Positions 1-8,824 are shown, counted from the stretch's first letter. The stretch: 64,000 nt of DNA from Candidatus Nealsonbacteria bacterium (GCA_047456315.1 CP179889.1:192776-256775); one strand, 5' to 3'. A program made the numbers and translations. The notes: generated by a model not told the origin, from the letters alone.

Positions 1-154
1 TTAGCTTAATTGCTCTTTTTTTGTCTTTTAATCTTATCTTCATAAAAATGCGAACCTTTATAAATTCATTATTTTATTATAACAAGAAGGTTCGAATTAA
101 ACAATATCCTTGATGAATTGAAAAAAGCAGGATTTTAAGCTAAAATTTCTAAAC

Positions 155-1618
155 ATGGATATTCCGAAACAAGTAAAATCTATTATTGAAAAACTGGAAA
201 AAAAAGGCTTTAAGGCCCATATTGTTGGTGGTTGTGTTAGAGATTTTTTAAGAGATGTGAGACCAAACGATTGGGATATAACAACTAGCGCTAAACCAGA
301 GCAAATCCAGAAATTGTTTCCAAAGAGTTTTTATAAAAACAAGTTTTTCACTGTTACTGTTCAAACTGACAGCAAAGAGCCAGAACTAAAAGAAATTGAA
401 ATCACTACTTATCGTTTAGAAACAAAATATACTGACAAGCGCCATCCAGAACAAATCAAGTTTGCAAAAACAATTGAAGAAGATTTGGAAAGAAGAGATT
501 TTACTATTAATGCTATGGCTATTGAGTTAAAGGATAAAAAAACAAAAATCATTGACTCTTTTAATGGACAAGAAGATTTAAAAAACAAAATAATCAGAGC
601 TGTTGGAAAACCAGAGAAAAGGTTTTCAGAAGATGCTTTAAGAATGATGAGATCTGTGAGATTTGCTGCAACTTTAGGAGAAGATTTCAAGATTGAAAAA
701 AACACTGCTCAAGCTATTAAGAAAAATTCTATCTGGCTTCAGGCAATTTCAAAAGAAAGAGTCAAAGATGAGTTGATAAAAATTATAATGTCAGAACAGG
801 CTGCCAGTGGCATTGAGCTTTTAAGAGAGCTAAAGCTTTTAAAATACATTATTCCAGAATTAGAAGAGGGTTATAAGGTGGCTCAAAACAAACACCATAT
901 TTATGAGTGCTATGAACATTATATTCGTTCTTTGGATTTTGCAGCTAAAAAGGGTTTTAGCATGCATGTTAGATTGGCTGCTTTATTCCATGATATTGGC
1001 AAACCAAGGTCTAAGAGAGGAAAAGGAAAAGATGCTACATTTTATAATCATGAAATAATAGGAGCAAAAATGACACTGGAGATTTTAAATCGTTTAAAGT
1101 TTTCAAAAAAGGACATTAAAAAGATTGTTAAGCTTGTAAGGTATCATCTTTTTTATTACACACCTGAAGAGGTTGGCGAGAGCTCTGTTAGAAGACTGGT
1201 TCGTCAGGTTGGACCAGAAAATATGAAAGAGTTGCTTGAAGTGAGAATGGCTGATAGGATTGGCTCTGGAGTTCCAAAAGCTGAACCTTATAAACTGCGT
1301 CATTTAAGATATGTAATTGAGAAAGTTGCTCAAGATCCCATTTCAGCTAAAATGCTGAAAATTACTGGAAATGACATAATGGAAATTTTGAAAATAAAGC
1401 CAGGACCAGAAGTAGGACAGATACTTGATATTTTACTTGGATATATTTTAGAAGATCCTAAAAAAAATACTAAAAAGTTTTTGGAAAATGAAATTAAAAA
1501 ACTATCAAAGATGGATAAAAAAGAATTGTTGAATTTAAGTCAAAAATCAAGAAAAGAACGGGAGGAAATTGAAATGAAAAAAGATAAAATGACAAAAAAG
1601 AAGTATTGGGTAACATGA
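155..1618 (+). CDS. cca: CCA-adding enzyme / tRNA nucleotidyltransferase with HD domain
   Basis: 487-aa ORF with the class-II tRNA nucleotidyltransferase motifs GGCVRDFLRDVRPNDWDITT and RRDFTINAMA, followed by an HD-domain motif FHDIGKP. Confidence 0.85.
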   Translation: MDIPKQVKSIIEKLEKKGFKAHIVGGCVRDFLRDVRPNDWDITTSAKPEQIQKLFPKSFYKNKFFTVTVQTDSKEPELKEIEITTYRLETKYTDKRHPEQIKFAKTIEEDLERRDFTINAMAIELKDKKTKIIDSFNGQEDLKNKIIRAVGKPEKRFSEDALRMMRSVRFAATLGEDFKIEKNTAQAIKKNSIWLQAISKERVKDELIKIIMSEQAASGIELLRELKLLKYIIPELEEGYKVAQNKHHIYECYEHYIRSLDFAAKKGFSMHVRLAALFHDIGKPRSKRGKGKDATFYNHEIIGAKMTLEILNRLKFSKKDIKKIVKLVRYHLFYYTPEEVGESSVRRLVRQVGPENMKELLEVRMADRIGSGVPKAEPYKLRHLRYVIEKVAQDPISAKMLKITGNDIMEILKIKPGPEVGQILDILLGYILEDPKKNTKKFLENEIKKLSKMDKKELLNLSQKSRKEREEIEMKKDKMTKKKYWVT

Positions 1619-1620
1619 TA

Positions 1621-1691
1621 CGGGGTGTAGTATAACGGTAGTACGCGGGCATCGGGAGCTTGTGGCCTGGGTTCAATTCCCAGCACCCCGA
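1621..1691 (+). tRNA. tRNA-Pro (anticodon CGG)
   Basis: Hand-folded 71-nt cloverleaf. Acceptor CGGGGTG/CACCCCG, D arm GTAT-AACGGTA-GTAC, anticodon arm CGGGC-ATCGGGA-GCTTG (U33, CGG, G37), T arm CTGGG-TTCAATT-CCCAG, discriminator A. The 3' CCA is not encoded. Confidence 0.9.
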
Positions 1692-1693
1692 CA

Positions 1694-1764
1694 GGGCCTA
1701 TAGCTCAATGGTAGAGCGCTACATTCGCATTGTAGAAACATGAGTTCGACTCTCATTAGGTCCA
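1694..1764 (+). tRNA. tRNA-Ala (anticodon CGC)
   Basis: Hand-folded 71-nt cloverleaf. Acceptor GGGCCTA/TAGGTCC with the G3:U70 alanine identity pair, D arm GCTC-AATGGTA-GAGC, anticodon arm CTACA-TTCGCAT-TGTAG, T arm ATGAG-TTCGACT-CTCAT. CCA is not encoded. Confidence 0.9.
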
Positions 1765-2364
1765 TTAGTTTTCAGCTGAATTAAAGCTTATTATTATTCT
1801 TTGCAAGGCACTGATATTAGAAAAAACAGCTAAGATTATTATTGGATAAATTACCAGATTAATATCAAAAATTCCTAAAAACATTGAGGTTGCGATTGAA
1901 ATTACTCTTTCTGTTCTTCCAAAAAAAGCTGGCGCTGGTTTTTCCATAACCAACTCTTTTTCTTTAGCAGCTGCTTTTGCGTAAGTTGTCATCAGGCCTC
2001 CTAAAAACGACAAGCCAACCCAGATTCTGAAAGGTAAAATAAAGAATTTTAAAGGTAGAAGTAAAAACCCTAAAAGAACTATTCCATTGACATATCTGTC
2101 GCAAATAGTGTCTAGATACGCTCCTTTTTTCGAAGCTTGTCCTTTTATTCTTGCCACAGCTCCATCAATAAGATCTAGGATTCCTGCAGAAATGAAGAAT
2201 AAGAAAGCTAAAACAAAATTAAGATTGATCAGAAAATAAAAAGAAATAAAAGCAAAAACAATGCTCATTAAAGTAAACTGAGCTGGCGCTAAACCAGTTT
2301 TAGAAAATACATTTCCTAAAAAATCTTCAAGAAATTTAAATTTTTCCCTTATTTCACCCAACAT
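1765..2364 (-). CDS. CDP-alcohol phosphatidyltransferase family protein (PgsA / archaetidylinositol-phosphate-synthase-like)
   Basis: 199-aa polytopic membrane ORF with the family signature D-G-x2-A-R-x8-G-x3-D-x3-D, seen as DLIDGAVARIKGQASKKGAYLDTICDR. Confidence 0.8.
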   Translation of the reverse strand: MLGEIREKFKFLEDFLGNVFSKTGLAPAQFTLMSIVFAFISFYFLINLNFVLAFLFFISAGILDLIDGAVARIKGQASKKGAYLDTICDRYVNGIVLLGFLLLPLKFFILPFRIWVGLSFLGGLMTTYAKAAAKEKELVMEKPAPAFFGRTERVISIATSMFLGIFDINLVIYPIIILAVFSNISALQRIIISFNSAEN

Positions 2365-2367
2365 AAA

Positions 2368-3027
2368 TTATTTAAATATTTTAGATAATCTAATAATCCC
2401 TCTTTTCGTTCTTTCTGTTATTTTTTCAAAAAAGCTGAATTCTTTTCCTTTAATTTCACAGTTTTTGTTTTTTATCGCTTCTAATACCTGCTCAATTGAT
2501 AAGTCCTTTCCTGGAATTTCCAAATAGGCCCTGCCAATGAATTTTGGCTCATGGGCATCAGAGCCAGCAGTAAAAGCTAAATTATGTTTTTTTACAAACT
2601 CTTTAGCTTTTTTATTGCCAGTAAGAATAGAGGCATTAAATACTTCAATAGCATCAACTTTACCAATAAAATCTTTCAAATCTTTTTTAAAAGAATGCCA
2701 GTCGCCAAAAGGATGAGCAATAATCGCCAATCCATTTTGTTCTTTTATTTTTTCAATAGTTTTCTCTGCTGACAAACCTTTTTCAATTTCCTTTTTAACA
2801 TTTAAAGCTATTATATCTCCATCTCTGCTTTTAACCTCAATTGCTGGAATAATTAAAATTGGTTTATCTTTTGCATACTCAATTGCTTCAAATGCTCCTT
2901 GAATTTTATTATGATCAGTAATTGCTATGCAGTCTATTCCTTTTTTGATTGCAGTATCGATTATTTTCTTAATTGAAGAATCACTATCATAAGAATAATG
3001 GCTGTGGGTGTGTAAATCGCATTTCAT
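2368..3027 (-). CDS. PHP-domain metal-dependent phosphoesterase
   Basis: N-terminal MKCDLHTHSHYSYDS (the PHP H-x-H motif), internal IAITDHN and a C-terminal GSDAH motif. Confidence 0.75.
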   Translation of the reverse strand: MKCDLHTHSHYSYDSDSSIKKIIDTAIKKGIDCIAITDHNKIQGAFEAIEYAKDKPILIIPAIEVKSRDGDIIALNVKKEIEKGLSAEKTIEKIKEQNGLAIIAHPFGDWHSFKKDLKDFIGKVDAIEVFNASILTGNKKAKEFVKKHNLAFTAGSDAHEPKFIGRAYLEIPGKDLSIEQVLEAIKNKNCEIKGKEFSFFEKITERTKRGIIRLSKIFK

Positions 3028-3091
3028 TTGACCATCTTAACATAATTTTTTTATTAAACAATAAATACTGTATACTAAATACAATATACCT

Positions 3092-3649
3092 ATGTATAAA
3101 CTTATCCTGTCATCTCTTTATTTTTTTCTGCCTGCGTATTTTACCAATATGACGCCTCCTTTAGCCAAAAGATTTAGAGTTTTTGATTTTTTAGACAAAC
3201 CCATTGATTCTAATAAAACTTTCAATAATAAACCAATACTAGGAGTTCATAAAACCTGGAGGGGAATAGCAACCGGAATAATTGTCGGAATTTCGGTTGC
3301 TTGCTTACAAAAATGGCTTTATCAGTTTTCCTGGATTAAAGAGATTTCTTTTTTTGATTATGAAAGAATTAATATTTTGATTTTAGGTCTTTTACTATCT
3401 TCTGGCGCTCTTTTTGGCGACTTAATTTTTGCATTTATTAAAAGAAGATTAGGCCTGAAGCCAGGCGCAAAATTTATTCCATTTGACCAGATAAATTATG
3501 TAATAGGAGCATATATTTTCTTTTACTTGACTTCATTTTCTAAAATTGATAACTTGGTTTGGATTATACTTTTAATATTTACTTTTTTCCTTCATATCAT
3601 AGTAAATCGGTTTGGTTATCACTTGAGATTACATAAGGCAAAATGGTAA
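3092..3649 (+). CDS. carS: CDP-archaeol synthase-like protein (CarS / DUF46 family)
   Basis: 185-aa, ~5-TM ORF. LPAYFTN, ILGVHKTWRG, GALFGDLIFAFIKRRLGLKPG-x-F-x-PFDQ and a C-terminal basic ...KW end match my recollection of archaeal CarS (e.g. AF1740). It is not CdsA-like. Confidence 0.75.
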   Translation: MYKLILSSLYFFLPAYFTNMTPPLAKRFRVFDFLDKPIDSNKTFNNKPILGVHKTWRGIATGIIVGISVACLQKWLYQFSWIKEISFFDYERINILILGLLLSSGALFGDLIFAFIKRRLGLKPGAKFIPFDQINYVIGAYIFFYLTSFSKIDNLVWIILLIFTFFLHIIVNRFGYHLRLHKAKW

Positions 3650-3680
3650 GATTAAAGATTAAAATAAACACTAAAATAAT

Positions 3681-4334
3681 ATGATTCAAGAAGTAATTAC
3701 CTTAGTTTGGCAAAATATAGTTGAAGTTTCCCCTGCTATTATCGGAGGAATCCTGCTTCTATTATTTGGATTTATTATTGCTGGTTCTTTAAAGAGACTG
3801 GCGATTGCCTTTCTTAAAAGAATCAGGTTAAACCAGGTTTTAAGAAGATTGGGCCTTGATGATACTTTATCAAAAATAGATGTTCGTTTTGATGCATCTA
3901 ATTTCTTTGGAGATGTAGTTAAATGGTTTTTCATCTTCGTATTTTTAATGGCATCTTCAGAGGTAATAGGACTGACTCAATTCAGCCGATTCCTTGAAAG
4001 AGTGATTGAGTATTTTCCAAATATTTTCATTGCTTTTTTAATGTTTGTGGTTGCTGCTTTTATTGCTGATTTTTCAAAGAAGATTGTTGTTGGAACACTG
4101 GAAAAAGAAAGAATAATTTACTCCAAATTCCTTGGAAGATCAATTCATTGGGCAATATGGTTTTTTGCGCTTTTAGCTATTTTATATCAGCTTCAGATTA
4201 CTCCATCTTTAATTTTAGTAATATTTATTGGTATGGTAGCTGCCCTTTCAATTTCTGTGGGAATTGCTTTTGGTCTGGGAGGAAAAGATTTAGCTTCCAG
4301 AATCCTTAAGGAATTAGAAGAGAAATTTAAGTAA
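3681..4334 (+). CDS. Membrane protein with conserved TM-helix repeats (mechanosensitive-channel-associated type)
   Basis: 217 aa with about 5 hydrophobic helices. The repeated pattern of a TM helix followed by a basic stretch resembles the TM_helix repeat family. No catalytic motif seen. Confidence 0.4.
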   Translation: MIQEVITLVWQNIVEVSPAIIGGILLLLFGFIIAGSLKRLAIAFLKRIRLNQVLRRLGLDDTLSKIDVRFDASNFFGDVVKWFFIFVFLMASSEVIGLTQFSRFLERVIEYFPNIFIAFLMFVVAAFIADFSKKIVVGTLEKERIIYSKFLGRSIHWAIWFFALLAILYQLQITPSLILVIFIGMVAALSISVGIAFGLGGKDLASRILKELEEKFK

Positions 4335-4339
4335 GAATT

Positions 4340-6064
4340 TTGGGTTTTGTAAAAATGCAGTATCTTAGCCAAAATGATTTAAAAAAAATGATTCTCCTTT
4401 CTTATGAAAGGATTAATAAAGAAAAAGAAGCAATTAATAAAATCAATGTTTTTCCAGTGCCAGATCAGGACACTGGGAACAATGTTGAAAAAACCTTATC
4501 TGGTATTAAAAAAACAATTGAAGATAGTGATTTCGACACTTTAAGTGATTTCACAGAAGCAGTTTTAGATGGAGCTCTGACTGCTGCTCAAGGAAATGCC
4601 GGTGTGATTTATACCGGTTTTTTAGCTGGTTTTTTGCCAGAATTAACTGAAAGAATTGATGTTAATAACTTAGCGTTGGCTTTTGAGAAAGGTGCCAAAA
4701 GAGCTAAAGAAAGCATTCAAAACCCGCAACAAGGCACAATCCTGGATGTTATTGATGCTACGGCTTCAGTGTTTAAAAAAGCATCTGGCAAAGAAGATGA
4801 TATTATTTCTGTATTTGAAAAAGCAGTCAAAAATGCAGACAAAGCACTGATTGAAACTAAAGAAAAAATGGAGATTTTGAAAAAAGCAAATGTGGTTGAT
4901 GCAGGTGGCCTGGCCTTTTTAATTATTTTAGAGAGTCATTTAGAAGCTTTAAAAGGCAGGGGCGGGGAAGCAAGGCCGCAAGAAAAACCCTCAGAAAAAG
5001 TTAAAAGATTTATTCAGATTATTTCTAACCGCTACGAAGTTGTTGCTTTAATTGCAGATCCTGTTTTAGAAATAAAAAAAATAAAAGAAAGATTAGAGAA
5101 ATTAGGAAATTCTATTGATATTGTTCAGGTTAAAAACAGAGTGAAAATTCATATTCACAGCGACTATCCTGACGAGGTAAGATCTGTTTTAAAGAAAATA
5201 GGAGAAATAAAAAGTTTGAGGATTGAAGATGTGACAAAAGAAATAGTTGGAGAAGAATCGATAAGAGCTGTGTCAGTGGGGCTTGTTACTGAAAGTTCAT
5301 CAATGCTTTTGTCTAAGATTATTGAAAGATACCAGATAGAGTTAATTGATTGTGAGAAGAAATTATCAGAAGAGAAAATATCAAATCAAAACATCTTTCA
5401 AAGGTTGAGAAAAAGAAAGATAAAAATTCCTGGCTTGACTTATAGGCATTATTTGAGTACTTTTGAAAAACAACTTAAAAAATTCAGCAGTGTTTTATGC
5501 ATTGTAAGTTCATCAAAACTGTACAATTGTTATGATTTAGCAATGAAAGCAAGGTTAGCAAGCTCCAACCCCCGAAAGATATTTGTTTTTGATTCATTAA
5601 ATACAGGAACTGGTCAGGCATTAGTTGTTCTAAAATCCATTGAGCTGACACAAGAACAAAGAAGTATAGATGACATTGTAAAAAAGCTTAAAAGCTTTGT
5701 TTCTAGAATGCACCATTATGTGTTTTCTGAAAACTTTAAACAAACAACCAGAGCTGGTAAAATAAAGCTCTACCTGGTGCTGCAGGTTAAGAACGGCAAG
5801 GTTTTAAAAACAGGAGTTATCTTGGCTCAAAACAGCACTGAAGCTTTAATAAAAAAGATTTTAAAAGAGTCTAAAAAATTCAAAAAAATCAGAGTGATAT
5901 TAGGATATTCTAAAAGTATTGAGGCTGTTAAAAAAATAAAAGATGGTTTGAAATCAAAAACTAAAGCTGATATTTCTTTTATGAATTTAATGCCTTTATC
6001 TGTTACCAGTGTGATAGGGAGTCAATCTATAGCTGCGAGCTGGACAGGAATTTTAAAAAAATAA
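4340..6064 (+). CDS. DAK2-domain fusion protein (YloV / fatty-acid kinase FakA-like)
   Basis: The N-terminus has the Dak2 nucleotide-binding motif VPDQDTGNNVEKT and GNAGVIY. The C-terminal half has a DegV-like start (VGLVTESSSML). The ORF-track start is TTG 4340 and ATG 4355 (MQYLSQ...) is more likely. Confidence 0.7.
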   Translation: MGFVKMQYLSQNDLKKMILLSYERINKEKEAINKINVFPVPDQDTGNNVEKTLSGIKKTIEDSDFDTLSDFTEAVLDGALTAAQGNAGVIYTGFLAGFLPELTERIDVNNLALAFEKGAKRAKESIQNPQQGTILDVIDATASVFKKASGKEDDIISVFEKAVKNADKALIETKEKMEILKKANVVDAGGLAFLIILESHLEALKGRGGEARPQEKPSEKVKRFIQIISNRYEVVALIADPVLEIKKIKERLEKLGNSIDIVQVKNRVKIHIHSDYPDEVRSVLKKIGEIKSLRIEDVTKEIVGEESIRAVSVGLVTESSSMLLSKIIERYQIELIDCEKKLSEEKISNQNIFQRLRKRKIKIPGLTYRHYLSTFEKQLKKFSSVLCIVSSSKLYNCYDLAMKARLASSNPRKIFVFDSLNTGTGQALVVLKSIELTQEQRSIDDIVKKLKSFVSRMHHYVFSENFKQTTRAGKIKLYLVLQVKNGKVLKTGVILAQNSTEALIKKILKESKKFKKIRVILGYSKSIEAVKKIKDGLKSKTKADISFMNLMPLSVTSVIGSQSIAASWTGILKK

Positions 6065-6095
6065 AAATAATAAATACAAGATAAATTTCAACAAC

Positions 6096-7220
6096 ATGTA
6101 TATTAAAGGTGTAGGAATGACAAAATTTGATTATTCTCAAAAGCCCTGGTGGAAACAGGCCTATGAAGCAGCAATGGAAGCGCTTGAGGATTCTAAAATG
6201 AAAATCTCTCAAATTAATGGAATTGTTTTTACAGGAATGTCTAGCGCCGCTGCTGGAGAACATCAAACCCATAAAGTATCTCTTATTTCTGATTTATTTA
6301 AAACCAATGTGCCAATTATTGAGACTCCTTCAGTTTGCTCTGGCGGAGGCGTAGCAACCTGGACAGGCGCTAGATTAGGTCTTAAAAATGTTTTGGTCTT
6401 AAGTGGTGAAAGGATAGTATATAACATCAGTGAAATAACAACAGACAATATAATGTCAGCAGCTGAAAAAGTGATTGAACAGCCAGAAGGCATGCTTTTT
6501 CCTGTTCAAAATGCATTGGTCTGGCAGCAGTATATGAAAAAATATGGCGCTACAATGGATGACCTGGCTTTGATTGGTTTTAAAAATCATAAAAACGCTG
6601 TCTTAAACCCCAAAGCATATTTCTATAATCGTCCTGTTTCACTTGAACAAATAAAGAACTCACCAGTTGTCGCTTCACCTTTAAGACTGCTTGATTGTTC
6701 TTTGTCAATTAACGGGGGCGCTGCTGCTATTGTTTCTTCTGAAAAAACTGACATTGAAATTATTGGCTCTGGTTTTGCCACTGATTATCTTTTAACTTTC
6801 TTGCGTGATGACATCACTCATTTTAAAGCAACAAGATTAGCAGCAAAACAAGCGTTTGAAGAAGCAAAGTTAAAGCCAAGTGATATTGATGTGGCTGAGA
6901 TCCATGATGCTTTTACTTCTGTAGAACTATTCTCTTATGAGGACTTAGGATTTGCGCCAGTTGGTAAAGGAAGAGAACTGATAAGGTCAGGTAAAATAGA
7001 CTTGGATGGTGAAATGCCGGTTAATTCTTCAGGAGGATTAAAAGCAAAAGGCCATCCCATATCAGTAACAGGGCTGGCCCAGATATATGAAATAGTAAAT
7101 CAGTTAAGAGGTAAATGCGATAAAAGACAAGTAAGTCCAGTTCCTAAAATCGGGCTTTGCCACAACATAGGTGGATCAGGAGGGAGTGTTACCGTCCATA
7201 TTTTTAAAAGAATTACTTAG
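6096..7220 (+). CDS. Thiolase-superfamily condensing enzyme (archaeal-type acetyl-CoA acetyltransferase-like)
   Basis: 374 aa. Active-site Cys context ETPSVCSGGG, His context KAKGHPISVTGLAQ, and the C-terminal CHNIGGSGGS typical of thiolases. Length and N-terminus (MYIKGVGMTKF) fit the short archaeal/SCP-x-like clade. Confidence 0.75.
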   Translation: MYIKGVGMTKFDYSQKPWWKQAYEAAMEALEDSKMKISQINGIVFTGMSSAAAGEHQTHKVSLISDLFKTNVPIIETPSVCSGGGVATWTGARLGLKNVLVLSGERIVYNISEITTDNIMSAAEKVIEQPEGMLFPVQNALVWQQYMKKYGATMDDLALIGFKNHKNAVLNPKAYFYNRPVSLEQIKNSPVVASPLRLLDCSLSINGGAAAIVSSEKTDIEIIGSGFATDYLLTFLRDDITHFKATRLAAKQAFEEAKLKPSDIDVAEIHDAFTSVELFSYEDLGFAPVGKGRELIRSGKIDLDGEMPVNSSGGLKAKGHPISVTGLAQIYEIVNQLRGKCDKRQVSPVPKIGLCHNIGGSGGSVTVHIFKRIT

Positions 7221-7719
7221 TTTCAAATTTTTCCAAAAGATCTTTTAAGTCTTTTTTAACTTTTTCTGAAGATTCAATTATACCAATTCCTTTATCTGGC
7301 AAGCCATAAATTATTGCAGTTCCTTTTTCAGAAAGCAAAACAGCAGGAATAACCAGCAGGTCTTCCTCTCCTTCAACAAAAATGTTTTTTTCTTCTTTGA
7401 TTGCCTGGTCAACAATCTGCCAAACCTCAGCATTGATAACGCCAGCAGGATTAGAGCATTCCAGAGAGAAAGGTAGGATATTTTCAACTGGCTCTCTCTT
7501 TATCTTGCCGTCAAAAATCTTGACATCAGAAGGAAGGGCCAAAGAACAATAATCACCTACTGTAATTACTTTTTTGAATCCTTTTTCTTTGATAAATTTC
7601 TGGCACTTTTTAAAAACTTCATTATTTTTGCCAAAAATGGCTGTTCCCCAAATCTTTTTTAATTCCGGCTTGAGCTTTTCGGGCAAATAATATGTTTTTG
7701 TAATTTTTTCAAAATTCAT
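7213..7719 (-). CDS. DUF359 protein (archaeal-type GTP-dependent dephospho-CoA kinase family)
   Basis: 168 aa. VITVGDYCS...VKIFDGKIKRE and VEGEEDLLVIPAVLLSEKGTAIIYGLPDKGIGII match the DUF359 hallmarks (VGD, IvDgk-x-R, GEEDLL, YGqP-x-G). Confidence 0.7.
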   Translation of the reverse strand: MNFEKITKTYYLPEKLKPELKKIWGTAIFGKNNEVFKKCQKFIKEKGFKKVITVGDYCSLALPSDVKIFDGKIKREPVENILPFSLECSNPAGVINAEVWQIVDQAIKEEKNIFVEGEEDLLVIPAVLLSEKGTAIIYGLPDKGIGIIESSEKVKKDLKDLLEKFETK

Positions 7720-7761
7720 ATAATTTATAATTATACATTATTCATTATTATCTAACATATC

Positions 7762-8820
7762 ATGGCTTTTTTTCAATGTCCCAAATGTAAAAATAAATGG
7801 CAGCATAATATCAGTAAATGTCCTGATTGTTTTTTAGATGTCAAAAGATTAAAAAGCAGAAAGATTAAAGTGATTGGTATCAGTGAGATTAAAATCCCAG
7901 CTATTTTACATCTTAAAACGCCTTATTTTGTTTTGGTTTTGGAAGATGAGCAAGGCAACCGTTGGACGCAGAAATCTATTAAAGAGTACAAGATTAATGA
8001 TGAATTTAGTATTAAGCCTTCCCATAATAAAAAAGCTGTGTCTTTATGGAAAGTAAAGTACGATATTTTAGAGGCAATTGAAAAAACCATTGAATTGCTT
8101 GGGGGATTAGAAATCAACAAAGGTTCTAAGATTCTGATTTTGCCTACATTAATATCTGCCAAACATCCTCATTTTGCTGATAATACAACCCCTGAATTTT
8201 TGGAAGCCGCAATTAAATTTTTGGTTCAATGCGGGGCTGATTTAAAAAACATTAAAATAGCTGGTCAAAGTTTTAATGACGTGTTGATTGAAGCTTCAGC
8301 TCAAAAATCTCAGATTTTAAATATTGCCTTAAAATACAAAATAGCTGTTTTAAATTTAGCAAAAACCAAATTTATTAAAAAAGAAATAAATGGCTTAACT
8401 GTTCAGATTTCAGAACAAGCATTTAAAAATGATTTAATAATCAATCTGCCAAAATTAAAGCTGGATCCGCAAGTAATAATCAAAGGCGCAACTAATAATA
8501 TTTTAACCCTGCTGGATAAAAAATCCCACCTTTCTTTAAAAGATAATAATTACGAAAGAGTGCTTAAGAAAATAAATGAAGTTTTGCCAGAATATTTAAG
8601 TTTGGCTGAAGGGATATCAATTCAAAGAAGTGATAAAATCGTAGTATCTTTGGGGTTGGCTTTTGCCAGTTTTAATTCTTTAAACCTGGATAGAATCTTT
8701 GCTGAAATTGCAATTATCAAAAATTTGCCAGAATATTTAAAAGATATTAAAATTGAACATATTCCAACGACAGGAAGGCATCCAGAAGAATTACAATATA
8801 ATGTAGAAAAGATTTACTAA
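7762..8820 (+). CDS. Zn-ribbon/OB (DUF35-like) N-terminal domain fused to a DUF362-like domain
   Basis: The N-terminus CPKC-x13-CPDC is followed by an OB-like segment (KTPYFVLVLEDEQGNRW), as in the DUF35 partners of archaeal thiolases. The remainder (ILILPTLISAKHPHFADNTTPEFLEAAIKFLVQCGA) resembles DUF362. The C-terminal assignment is tentative. Confidence 0.4.
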   Translation: MAFFQCPKCKNKWQHNISKCPDCFLDVKRLKSRKIKVIGISEIKIPAILHLKTPYFVLVLEDEQGNRWTQKSIKEYKINDEFSIKPSHNKKAVSLWKVKYDILEAIEKTIELLGGLEINKGSKILILPTLISAKHPHFADNTTPEFLEAAIKFLVQCGADLKNIKIAGQSFNDVLIEASAQKSQILNIALKYKIAVLNLAKTKFIKKEINGLTVQISEQAFKNDLIINLPKLKLDPQVIIKGATNNILTLLDKKSHLSLKDNNYERVLKKINEVLPEYLSLAEGISIQRSDKIVVSLGLAFASFNSLNLDRIFAEIAIIKNLPEYLKDIKIEHIPTTGRHPEELQYNVEKIY

Positions 8821-8824
8821 AATT

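Noticed and set aside
51-94. 8-bp inverted repeat CGAACCTT ... AAGGTTCG with a 28-nt AT-rich loop upstream of cca.
   Set aside because: The stem is short, the loop is long and no T-run follows. It lies at the window edge with unknown upstream context and is probably fortuitous.
409-705. Many 60-155-aa ORFs in the six-frame track lie antisense to, or in an alternative frame of, long well-supported genes. Examples are 409-705, 1103-1303, 2584-2772, 3686-3934, 10368-11306, 14155-14672, 18160-18513, 32734-33156, 36422-36664, 38477-38856, 38976-39443, 53474-53755 and 62204-62515.
   Set aside because: They overlap CDSs that have clear family motifs, have low-complexity or skewed composition typical of shadow ORFs in AT-rich DNA, and carry no recognisable motifs.
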